In this document: positions 52,881-64,000 of the stretch, piece after piece
Numbering within the stretch: the first letter of the stretch is position 1
How the letters are laid out: the number at the start of each line of letters is the position of its first letter
Origin: Heterodontus francisci
Taxonomy: Eukaryota
NCBI RefSeq assembly: GCF_036365525.1
Contig: NC_090399.1
Span: forward strand, 11,531,558 to 11,595,557
Length of the DNA: 64,000 nucleotides
Direction of reading: 5' to 3'
The notes under the pieces: generated by a model
Databases searched by the model: none
The model's input: only the letters and a program-made list of their open reading frames with translations
What the model was told of the DNA's origin: nothing
Translations under genes and position numbers: made by a program

Positions 52881-54581
52881 GTACCAGAAGGTATTTGATC
52901 CTAGTTGGTTTTCCAGAAGTTATCAATTTAGCTGGCTAATGTGTGCATTTTAGTCAACAGATTATCTAAGTATTTGTACTGAAGTCGATAGGGTGGATAG
53001 TAGGGAGTACAGAACAAGAGGGCTTACTTTAAAATTGGAGCTAGGCCGTTCAGGGGTGCCATCAGGAAGCACTTCTTCACACTAAGGAGGGTAGAACAAA
53101 TCTCAAACTCTGTCCCCCGTGAAAGCTATTAAGGTTGGGGTTCAACTGAAAATTTCAAAACTAAGCTAAGTAGATTTTTCTTGAGGATTATGGAACCATG
53201 GCAGGTCAATGGAGTAAAGATACAGATCAGTCGTGATTTAGTTGAATGGTGGAACAGATTGAGGGGCTGAATAGACTCCTCTTGTTCCTATGAAAATATT
53301 CATCAGCTGAAGGAATAAATGAAAGAGCTATTCTCATAGGTAACATCAACTTTGTCACATTGTGTATTGGAACAGTAACCAAGAGTTGAGTTCCCTATCT
53401 CAGTCTTGTTACTTTGGGGAAGATGGCAAGTTATGGTCCAGCTCCACTGCACTGGGAGGTTCAGGCATGTCAGAGGGACAATCATTTCCGAATTGTAGAG
53501 GTTGGAAATCATTAAATTATGAAGGCTTTTCACAGAGTGAGAGATCCCATGGCATTATTATCCCTCTGGCTACAGGTGTGGTGCCAGAGAACTGCAGGGC
53601 AGCTAACATTGTGCCATTGTTTAAAAAGGGAGAAAGGGCTAGACCATGTAATTACAGGCCAGTCAGCCTAACCTCGGTAGTGGAAACATTATTGGAAAAA
53701 AATCTGGGTGACAAGATAAATCTTCATTTGGAAAGATCCAGATTAATCAAAGACAGTCAGCACAGATTTGTTCAAGGACAGCCGTGTCTGACGAACATGA
53801 TTGAATTTTTTGAGGAGGTTACAAGGAGGGTCGTTGAGGGTAGTGCATTTGATGCAGTCTGTATGGATTTTAGCTAGGCTTTTGACAAGGTCCCACATGG
53901 CAGACTGATCAGGAAAGTAAAAGCTCTTGGGATCCAAGCCAAAGTGGCAAGTTGGATCTAAAATTGGCTCAGAGGCAGGAAGCAAAAGGTAATGGATGAC
54001 AGCAGTTTTTGTGACAGGAAGGCTGTTGCCAGTGGGGTTCCACAGGGCTCGGTACTGCGTCCCTTGCTTTTTGTGGTATTTATCAATGATTTTGACTTGA
54101 ATGTAGGGGGTATGATTCAGAGGTTTTGCGATGATACAAAAATTGGCCACGTGGTTGCTAATGAAGAAGAAAGCTGTAGACCGCAGGAAGAATGGACTAG
54201 TCAGGTGGACAGAACAGTGGCAAAAAGAGTTCAATTCGGAGAAGAATGAGGTAATGCATTTGGGGAGGGTTAACAAGGCAAGGACAGTGGCATAGCCGGT
54301 ATGTTACTGAACTTGTAATCTAGAGGCCTGACTAATGCTCTGAAGACATGTGATCAAATCCAATGTGGCAGCTGGGGGAATTTAAATTCGATTAATTAAT
54401 AAATTTGGTATAAAATGCTAGCTGTTTTAATAATAATCATGAAACTACTGGATTGTAGTTTAAAAACACATCTGATTTACTAATGTCCTTCAGGGAAGGA
54501 AATCTGCTGTCCTTACCTGGTCTGGCCTACATGTGACTCCAGATCCACAGCAATGCATTCGACTTTTAAATGGCCTAGCAA

Positions 54582-56420
54582 GGGGCGGCACAGTGGCGCA
54601 GTGCTTAGCACCGCAACCTCACAGCTCCAGCGACCCGGGTTCAATTCCGGGTACTGCCTGTGTGGAGTTTGCAAGTTCTCCCTGTGTCTGCGTGGGTTTC
54701 CTCAGGGTGCTCTGGTTTCCTCCCACATGCCAAAAGACTTGCAAGTTGATAGGTAAATTGGCCATTATAAATTACCCCTAGGATAGGTAGGTGGTAGGGA
54801 AATATAGGGACAGGTGGGGATGTGGTAGGAATATGGAATTAGTATTCTTTTGGGCCTCCTTATCTCGAGAGACAATGGATACGCGCCTGGAGGTGGTCAG
54901 TGGTTTGTGAAGCAGCGCCTGGAGTGGCTATAAAGGCCAATTCTGGAGTGACAGGCTCTTCCACAGGTGCTGCAGAGAAATTTGTTTGTTGGGGCTGTTG
55001 CACAGTTGGCTCTCCCCTTGCGCCTCTGTCTTTTTTCCTGCCAACTACTAAGTCTCTTCGACTCGCCACAATTTAGCCCTGTCTTTATGGCTGCCCGCCA
55101 GCTCTGGCGAATGCTGGCAACTGACTCCCACGACTTGTGATCAATGTCACACGATTTCATGTCGCGTTTGCAGACGTCTTTATAACGGAGACATGGACGG
55201 CCGGTGGGTCTGATACCAGTGGCGAGCTCGCTGTACAATGTGTCTTTGGGGATCCTCCCATCTTCCATGCGGCTCACATGGCCAAGCCATCTCAAGCGCC
55301 GCTGACTCAGTAGTGTGTATAAGCTGGGGGTGTTGGCCGCTTCAAGGACTTCTGTGTTGGAGATATAGTCCTGCCACCTGATGCCAAGTATTCTCCGAAG
55401 GCAGCGAAGATGGAATGAATTGAGACGTCGCTCTTGGCTGGCATACGTTGTCCAGGCCTCGCTGCCGTAGAGCAAGGTACTGAGGACACAGGCCTGATAC
55501 ACTCGGACTTTTGTGTTCCGTGTCAGTGCGCCATTTTCCCACACTCTCTTGGCCAGTCTGGACATAGCAGAGGAAGCCTTTCCCATGCGCTTGTTGATTT
55601 CTGCATCTAGAGACAGGTTACTGGTGATAGTTGAGCCTAGGTAGGTGAACTCTTGAACCACTTCCAGAGCGTGGTCGCCAATATTGATGGATGGAGCATT
55701 TCTGACATCCTGCCCCATGATGTTCGTTTTCTTGAGGCTGATGGTTAGGCCAAATTCATTGCAGGCAGACGCAAACCTGTCGATGAGACTCTGCAGGCAT
55801 TCTTCAGTGTGAGATGTTAAAGCAGCATCGTCAGCAAAGAGGAGTTCTCTGATGAGGACTTTCCGTACTTTGGACTTCGCTCTTAGACGGGCAAGGTTGA
55901 ACAACCTGCCCCCTGATCTTGTGTGGAGGAAAATTCCTTCTTCAGAGGATTTGAACGCATGTGAAAGCAGCAGGGAGAAGAAAATCCCAAAAAGTGTGGG
56001 TGCGAGAACACAGCCCTGTTTCACACCACTCAGGATAGGAAAGGGCTCTGATGAGGAGCCACCATGTTGAATTGTGCCTTTCATATTGTCATGGAATGAG
56101 GTGATGATACTTAGTAGCTTTGGTGGACATCCGATCTTTTCTAGTAGTCTGAAGAGACCACGTCTGCTGACGAGGTCAAAGGCTTTGGTGAGATCAATGA
56201 AAGCAATGTAGAGGGGCATCTGTTGTTCACGGCATTTCTCCTGTATCTGACGAAGGGAGAACAGCATGTCAATAGTCGATCTCTCTGCACGAAAGCCACA
56301 CTGTGCCTCACAGTGAGGCACAGTGTGGAATTAGTATAGGATTAGTATAAATGGGTGGTTGATGGTCGGCACAGACTCGGTGGGCTGAAGGGCCTGTTTC
56401 AGTGCTGTATCTCCAAAAAA
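54582..56420 (+). mobile_element. HE1-like V-SINE split by an RTE insertion (54582-54845 and 56326-56420)
   Basis: The two halves join into the SINE consensus seen at 33883. Confidence 0.85.
54846..56325 (-). mobile_element. 5'-truncated RTE-clade LINE with an uninterrupted RT reading frame (54897-56321)
   Basis: QCGFR, FIDLTKAFD, GVKQGCVLAPTLF, LLFADD and C-terminal CSTCGRACHSRIGLYSH; 12-bp TSD tggaattagtat. Confidence 0.93.
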
Positions 56421-57803
56421 GAGCCACTCAGTCCAAGGACAATTAGCTTCAGACAATAAATGCTGGCCCTGCGAGCATTGCTCACATCCAAGAATAAAAT
56501 AAAGGAATACATAATAAATGGTAGGATACTGAGAAGTGTAGAGGAACAGAGGGACCTTGGAGTACATGTCCACTGACCCTTGACAGTGGCTGGTCAGGTA
56601 GATAAGGTGGTCGAGAAGGCATGTGGGATACTTGCCATTACTAGCCATGGAATAGAATATAAGAGCTGGGAGGATAGGCTGGAATCATATAAAATACTAG
56701 TTAGGCCACAGCTGGAGTACTGGGTGCAGTTCTGGTCACCACACTAAAGGAAAGGTGAGTTGCACTGGGGAGGGTACAGAGGAGGTTTATGAGGATGTTG
56801 CTTGGACTGGAGAATTTTAGTTATGAGATAAGATTGAATAGGCCAGGGTTGTTTTCTTTGTCACAGAGGAGGCTGAGAAGAGATCTAATTGAAGCGTATA
56901 AAATGATGAGGGGTCTGGATAGAATGGATAGGAAGACCCTATTCCCCTTGGTTTAGCGGTCCATTAACAAGGGCCATAGATTTAGGGGAAGAGATAGGAG
57001 ATTTAAAGGGGATTTGAGGAGGATACTTTCACCAGAGGGTAGTGGGAGGAACTCACGGCCTGAAAGGGTGATAGAGGCAGAAGCCCTCACAGCATTTAAA
57101 AAGTACTTGGATATGCACTTGAAATGCTGTAACCTGCAAGGCTATGGACTAAGAGCTGGACAGTGCGATTAGGCTGGATGGCAACTTGTCAGCCTGCACG
57201 GACACGATGGGCCGAATGGCCTCCTTCCCTGCTGTAAATTCCCATGATTCCATGATTATTTTGAATAAAAGGGGAGATCTCCCTGGTGTGCTGGACTTCT
57301 CAGTATCCTCCCTCAACCAAAATCACTAGAAAACAAATGGTCTGTTCATTATCATATTGCTGTTCCTGGGACCTTGCTCACATTAACTGCTTCATTTCCT
57401 ACATTACAACAGTGGCTGCCCTTCAAACGTGCTTTGTTGGTTGGGAAAACCTTTGGGACATCCTGCGGGAGTGATAGCTTCTGTACAAATATAAGCTCTT
57501 ACTTTTCCTCTGCTGCCTTTAAGGAACCAATGTAAAATGTAGTTGATCCAACTTCACACGGAACAAGACAGTCCATCGTTTAACACAAGTTGTTAGTTTC
57601 ATTCTGAGAGGACCCAAGATAATGCACCTTGCAAATGGAAAACTCTTGCAGCAGGAACCAGAATAATTTTGAAAGTGCCATAAAGGAGAACTTAATGTAA
57701 AATAGATACAAAAAGTGGCAGCACGTCCTTTGACAGGAAGAACATTTGCTCACCATGTAACTTATTCCATTCTTGCATTGTTTCCTGTCTCTTGTCCTTT
57801 CAG

Positions 57804-58216
57804 CCTCGAAAGCCTTGGAAGGAAAGAACATGATTTGGCAGAATGAGGCGGACTCCACCTTTGCCGAGGGTGTGGAGTTCACGGACTACAGTCTCGTCAT
57901 CAAGACCCCTGGTCGGTACTTTGTCTACACCCAGGTGGTCTTCTACAGCAGGGGCTGTCAGAACAAGACTGTCTATCTGAGCCACGAGCTCGCCAAGCTC
58001 TCACCCAGTTATCCAGAGGAAGCCTTGCTACTGAGAGCCATCAAGTCAGCCTGTCATTCCCGCCAACACGGAGAGCCCTGGTACAAGACCTCCTATCAGG
58101 GAGCCATATTTGAGTTTGAGGAGGGAGATCAGATCTACTCCAGGGTTAGTGAGGAAGTGGTGGGATATGTAGACACTGCCCAAGGAAAGAGCTTCTTTGG
58201 AATATTTGTTTTGTGA
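57804..58216 (+). CDS. TNF-like unit D, exon 4 (intact THD, about 97% identical to gene C exon 4)
   Basis: cctttcag|CC; MIW..GRYFVYTQVVF..KSFFGIFVL*; in frame with exon 3. Confidence 0.8.
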
Positions 58217-59269
58217 GGAACCTTCACTTCTAGCGATTGGCCAGTAATGATGACTGGTTGAGAATTTCAGATTGAAATACAATGGAAACAGTTCAGGACA
58301 CATTGTCCTATCCTCCACTAATTGGACAAAGGGATAAATCTCTCTGCCAGTTTAGTCCTGCCTCGTTATTTAAAGGTTATCCATACCAAGAATTGTTGTT
58401 CTGATATTTGTATAAGAAAGCGAATGATATTCCACTGCCCTCTGCCTTAATGCACTATCGGAGGTGCCGAGTTTTGAAGGAGACGTTAAACGGAAGCACC
58501 ATTTTGATGAGGAGCAGGAGAATTCTCCTTGGTGTCCTGGCCATTGTTTGCCCCTCAACCAACAACACTAAAAAAAAAACAGATGATCTGGTTATTCAGC
58601 ACAATGCTGTTAATGGGATCTTGCTGTCTGCAAATTGCCTGCCGAATTTCCCGCTGCAAAGTGACTGCACGTCAAAAAGGTGCATCATTTTGGTTGTTAA
58701 GGGCACTATATAAATGCAAGCCTTTCTTTTAATGGAAGCATAACCGGCTGCAAGTAAATGAGTTAAGGCCTCTGTCGCATTAGACTGGGTAACTGGTTGT
58801 GACAGGAGTGAATGCCCACATCCTCATTTTTCAGGCAGTCATTTCCAGGTTGCACAGGGATTGAACAAGTAAAATGAATTGATCGGTGGTGGTGGGGGGG
58901 GAGGGGGACGGTGAGGTGTGGAGGGGAGGTGGTGCAGTGGGATCCAACACTGTCCATTCACCTTTTCAATCTGGGATTGTTTGAATCTGGCCTAGCCTAA
59001 TGAGACAAATCAATGTCTGCTCTCTGCTGCTTTATGTTACCTGGGCTGTGGGATGATTATCAGACAGGTATTGAGCCTAACATTCAGACTGGTTAGCCTG
59101 TTGACTGTAGAGTCTCACATTACTACATGCTATAACTAGTTTTTTTTTTAACCTGGAATGGTTTTTATGTGTAATTTATTTGTTAGTACGTGTACAGCTA
59201 CTTTCTCCTAGCATCCCATGTAAGTGCTTCTTATGGAATAAGTAAAACTTTAACATATGCCGACTCATC

Positions 59270-59690
59270 GATACTTCCTTGAGTGTAGAAGATTACGGGG
59301 TGATGTATTTGAGGGGTTTAAGATGATTAAAGGATTTGATAGGGTAGATAGAGAGAAACTATTTCCTCTGGTGGGGGAATCCTAAAGAAGGGGGCAGAAC
59401 CTTAAAATTAGAGCCAGGCTGTTCAGGAATGATGTCAGGAAGCACACCTTCACACAGAGGGGAGTGGAAATCTGGAACTGTCCCCCCCCCCTACACCATC
59501 CCAACCCCCCAAAAAAAAGCTGTTGAGGCTGGGGGTCAATTGAAATTTTCAAAATTGAGTTTGATAGATTTTCATTCAGCAAGGGTGGTTGAGCGTTCCA
59601 GAACCAAGTTAAGATACAGATCAGCCATGATGAATCTGAATGGTGGAACAGGCTTGAGGGGCTGAATGGTCTCCTCCTGTTCCTATGTTC
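59270..59690 (+). mobile_element. CR1 3' fragment
   Basis: RRLRGDVFE..K..GFDRVDREKLFPL coding and CR1 tail. Confidence 0.7.
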
Positions 59691-59984
59691 CATATTGAGC
59701 TTGGTGTTTAAATTTCTCCTCCAGAAACAAAGCAGGGGTAAACACAAATTTTCTCCATTTGCTGAACTCCTACGGTTCAGTAACTCCCTCGTTGAATAAA
59801 AATCTATTAATCACAGTTTTGAAAATTTTCAATTTGCCCCCAGCCTCAACAGCATTTTGGGGGAGAGAGTTCCAGATTTCCACTGCCCTTTGTGTAAGGA
59901 GGTCATTATCTTCTCAATGCTGTGGTCAAGCTCCATTGGCCTCAGATTGGGACACCAGCTGCATTGTGGGATGGTTCTTCTCCA

Positions 59985-60341
59985 GAGCGGCACAGTGGCA
60001 CAGTGGTTAACACCGCAGCCTCACAGCTCCAGCGACCCGGGTTCAATTCTGGGTACTGCCTGTGTGGAGTTTGCAAGTTCTCCCTGTGTCTGCGTGGGTT
60101 TCCTCCGGGTGCTCCGGTTTCCTCCCGCATGCCAAAGACTTGCTGGTTGATAGGTTAATTGGCCTTTATAAATTGCCGCTAGTATAGGTAGGTGGTAGGG
60201 AAATATAGAGACAGGTGGGGATGTGGTAGTAATGTGGAATTAGTGTACGATTAGTATAAAATGGGTGGTTGATGGTCGGCACAGACTCGGTGGGCCGAAG
60301 GGCCTGTTTCAGTGCTGTATCTCTAAACTAAACTAAACTAA
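59985..60341 (+). mobile_element. HE1-like V-SINE
   Basis: Full SINE with (ctaaa)n tail. Confidence 0.88.
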
Positions 60342-60599
60342 GCTGTAATAGCCAGTGAGGGGCCTCTATGGAGGAAGGACATTCCACAAACGACAGAGAG
60401 CCCACCATTGCCCAACACACAACATACTAGGTGATTGTCCTTCTAAGTGCCAGCACAGGCCCAATGGGCCAAATGGCCTCATTCTGTGCTGTATCATTAT
60501 ATGATTCGAAGAATGGTTCAGACAAAATGAGTTTTATGTTTGAGGTGTTTCTAATATATTGTTTAACAATCATTGTTTACAGTAGTGAGAGAAAGCTGT

Positions 60600-60710
60600 A
60601 TGTTTTACATTAAAACATGATGTTTATTCGAAGGATGCCAGGAACAAATGTTAGCCTGACGTAGTGAATGTATCTAAACAGGTTTTAAGTATGAATATGC
60701 ATTAAATAAA
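60600..60710 (+). promoter_or_regulatory. Unit D 3'UTR end: CDE-like hairpin and AATAAA
   Basis: ATGTTTTA-CAT-TAAAACAT at 60600-60618; AATAAA at 60705-60710. Confidence 0.6.
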
Positions 60711-61079
60711 TTTCTTAGTGCGTTTTGATGCTGGAACTGTTCTATTTTGTTTGTGCTTGTGCTTTTACTTTTACATACAGTTGCATGTTTTGCTCATGTG
60801 GCTTTCATGGGAGTGCACACCAATCCAAGCAGCCCATTGGTTGCATTCCACGTGCTGATACAACTTCTCAGACACCATGTCCCCAGGCACAAGGATCAAT
60901 GGCTCTCTGGTCCAATCAGCCTGTCATCTGTGGTTGTGATGTCTTGTGCATCGGACACTGCTTAACCATCCAGATTCCTGTAATCTGCTGGAGCAGCTAA
61001 AAAAATGGAAAGAAAATCTGGACAATCCATCTCTGGCCCCTTTAGGCAATTGAAACTCGTGCAGGGGATCACATAGGTT

Positions 61080-62860
61080 GGGACGTTATACTGGAACTGT
61101 ATAAAACACTAGTTAGGTCACAGCTGGAGTACTGCTTGCAGTTCTGGTCACAACGCTATAGCAAAGATGTGATTACATTAGAGAGGGTATGTAGGAGACT
61201 TATGAGGATGTTCCCTGGACTGAAGAATTTTGGTTATGAGATAAGATTGGATAAGCTAGGGTAGTTTTCTTTGGAACAAAGGAGGCTGAGGGAAGACTGC
61301 ATTGAAGTGTGTAAAATGATGAGGGTTCTGGGTAGAGTGGATAGGAAGGCTCTATTCCTCTTGGTTGAGGAGCCCGTAACAAGGAGGCACAGATTTAGGG
61401 GAAGAGGGATTTGAGGGGAATTTATTTTTCACTCAGAGGGTGGTGGAGATCTGGAACTCACTGCCTGAAAGAGTGATAGGGGCAGAAAACCCGCATCACA
61501 TTTAAAAAGCACTTGGATATGCACTTGAGCTGCTGTAAAGCTCATGGTGTAGGGGGAAGCATATTGGCATTGACAGAAGATTGGTTAGCTAACAGGAAAC
61601 AGAAATTTTTCTGGTTGGCAAGATGTAATGAATGATCCACAGGGATCTGTGCTGGGGCCTCAACCTTTTTACAATTTATATAAATGACTTCGATGAAGGG
61701 ACTGAAGGTATGGTTGCTAAATTTGCTGATGACACAAAGGTAGGTAGGAAAGTAACTTGTGGAGAGGACATAAGGAGGATGCAAAGTGATATAGATAGGT
61801 TAAGTGAGTGGGCAAAGACCTGGAAAACGGAGTATAATGTGGGAAAATGTGAAATTGTCCACTTTGGCAGGAAGAATAAAAAAGAAGCATATTATCAAAA
61901 TGGTGAGAGATTGGCGAGCTCTGAGATACAGAGGGATCTGGGTGTCCTAGTGCATGAATCGCAAAAGGTTAGTATGCAGGTACAGCAAGTAATTAGGAAA
62001 GCTAATAGAATGTTATCGTTTATCACGAGGGGAATTGAATACAAAAGTAGGGAGGTTATGCTTCAGCTATACAGGGCATTAATGAGACCACACCTGGAGT
62101 ACTGTGTACAGTACTGGTCTCCTTGTTTAAGGAAGGATGTAAATGCCTTGGAGGCAGCAGAGAAGGTTTACTAGACCACCTCAAGCCACCTGGAATGGGT
62201 GGGTTGTCTTATGAAGAAAGATTGGACAGGCTAGGCTTGTATACGCTGGAATTTAGAAGAGTAAGAGGCGACTTGATTGAAACATATAAGATTCTGAGTG
62301 GTTTTGACAGGGTGGATGTGGAAAGGATGTTTCCCCTTGTGGGAGAATCTGGAACTAGGGGTCACTGTTTAAAAATAAGGGATTGCCCATTTAAGACAGA
62401 GATGAGGAGAAATTTTTTCTCTCAGAGGGTCGTGAGTCTTTGGAATTCTCTTCCTCAAAAGGCGGTGAAAACATAGTCTGAATATTTTTAAGGCAGAGGT
62501 AGATAGATTCTTGAAAAGCAAGGGGGTAAAAGGTTATCGGGGGTAGGTGGAAATGTGGAGCAATCAGTTCAGCCATGATATTATTGAATGGTAGAGCAGG
62601 CTCGAGGGGTCGAGTGACCTACTCCTGTTCCTAATTCATATGTTCATATGTAAACTACAATCTACGGACCTAGAGCTAGCTGGAAAGTGGGATTAGGCTG
62701 AATGTGGTTGACTCTTACATGCTCTAGCAAGGGCAGTTAGGGATGGGCAATAAATGCTGGCCTGGCCTGCGATGCCCACCTCCCATGAATGAATAAAAAA
62801 AAAGGCTGCTTGTCGGCCTGCATGGACATGACGGGCTGAATAGCCTCCTTCTGTGCTGTA
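61080..62860 (+). mobile_element. Nested CR1 fragments
   Basis: ORFs 61632-62174 and 62123-62476 (KFADDTK, RPHLEYCVQYWSP) lie inside another CR1 3' end. Confidence 0.85.
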
Positions 62861-62969
62861 AAATCGTACGACCCTGAGTAATTTCTTCCATCTTGTTGGA
62901 TCTATCCCCCCACCTTTGAAAGCCTCCTTTTTGATGTGACAGCTGTTCCCTTCCCATTATGTCTCCTAA

Positions 62970-64000
62970 TCTTCAGCCAGATGTGCTGAGTTAATGATCC
63001 ATTTCGGCCTCCCCCTGAAGTCCCCAGCATCACAGATGCCAGTCTTCAGCCAATTCGATTCACTCCATGTGATATCAAAAAATGACTGAAGGCACTGGAT
63101 ACTGCAAAGGTTATGGGCAACATTCTGGCAATAGTACTGAAGACCTGTGCTCCAGAACTAGCCATGCCCTTAGCCAAGCTGTTCCAGTACAGCTACAACA
63201 CTGGCATCTACCCAAATTTGTGGAAAATTGCCTAAGTATGTCCTGTACACAAAAGGCAGGACAAGTCCAACCCGGCCAATTACCGCCCCATCAGTCTGCT
63301 CTCAATCATCAATAAAGTGATGGAAAGTGTCATCAACAATGCTATCAAGTGACACCTGTTTAGCAATAACCTGCTCACGGGCACTCAGTTGAGTTCCACC
63401 AGGGCCACTCATCTCTTGAACTCATTACAGCCTTGGTTCAAACATGGACAAAAGAGCTGAACACAAGAGGTGAGGTGAGAGTGACTGCCCCAAACATCAA
63501 GGCAGCATTTGACCGAGTATGGCATCAAGGAGTCCTAGCAAAACTGAAGTCAATGGGAATTAGGGGGAAAATTCTCCACTGGTTGGAATCGTATCGAGTG
63601 CAAAGGAAGATGTTTGTGGTTGTTGGAGGTCAATCATCTCAGTTCCAGGATATCACTGCAGGAGTTGCTCAAGGTAGTGTCCTAGGCTCAACCATCTTCA
63701 GCTGCTTCATCAATGACCTTCCATCAATCATAAGGTCAGAATTGGGGATGTTCGCTGATGATTGCACAATGTTCAGCACCATTCATGATTCCTCAGATAC
63801 TGAAGCAGTCCATGTAGAAATGCAACAAAACCTGGACAATATCCAAGCTTGGGCTGATAAGCGGCAAGAAAATTTCACGCCACACAAGTGCCAGGCAATG
63901 ACCATGTCCAGAATCTAACCATCTCCCCTTGACATTCAATGGCATTACCATCGCTGAATTCCCCCACTATCAACATCCTGGGGATTACCATTGACCAGAA
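62970..64000 (+). mobile_element. Family B LINE RT fragment (runs off the window)
   Basis: AAFDRVWHQG, GVAQGSVLG and MFADDC; closely similar to 50585-51590. Confidence 0.88.

Larger units (their letters stand above)
53560..57255 (+). mobile_element. CR1 LINE fragment hosting nested insertions (54285-56500)
   Basis: RT coding stops at ..VMHLGR.NKAR near 54283 and resumes at EYIINGRILR near 56505. Confidence 0.8.

Noticed and set aside
54897-56321. Host protein-coding gene
   Set aside because: It is a 5'-truncated RTE reverse transcriptase with a TSD, no ATG start and no endonuclease domain.

Overview
Repeat-rich vertebrate DNA, very probably from a cartilaginous fish (HE1/V-type SINEs, CR1, L2, Penelope and RTE debris). 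The core is a head-to-tail + strand cluster of TNF-alpha-like genes. Three copies are complete 4-exon type II membrane ligand genes: A 15023-19509 (236 aa), B 28208-32492 (240 aa) and C 42381-45519 (243 aa). A fourth unit, D (52815-58216), has intact exons 3 and 4, splice sites, a 3'UTR hairpin and a polyA signal, but I found no promoter, exon 1 or exon 2. It may be an alternative 3' ectodomain cassette for gene C or a truncated duplicate. The copies are sequence mosaics suggesting gene conversion, and they share a fixed kB-10 bp-TATA promoter spacing. Roquin CDE-like hairpins are present in A and D, and copy B lacks the Tyr87-equivalent receptor-contact residue. A ~9.2 kb 41-bp satellite lies just upstream of gene A. 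Intron 3 of D holds a four-level nest of retroelements with a young RTE LINE. Exon models were read by eye from splice sites, phases and homology; mobile-element boundaries are approximate.
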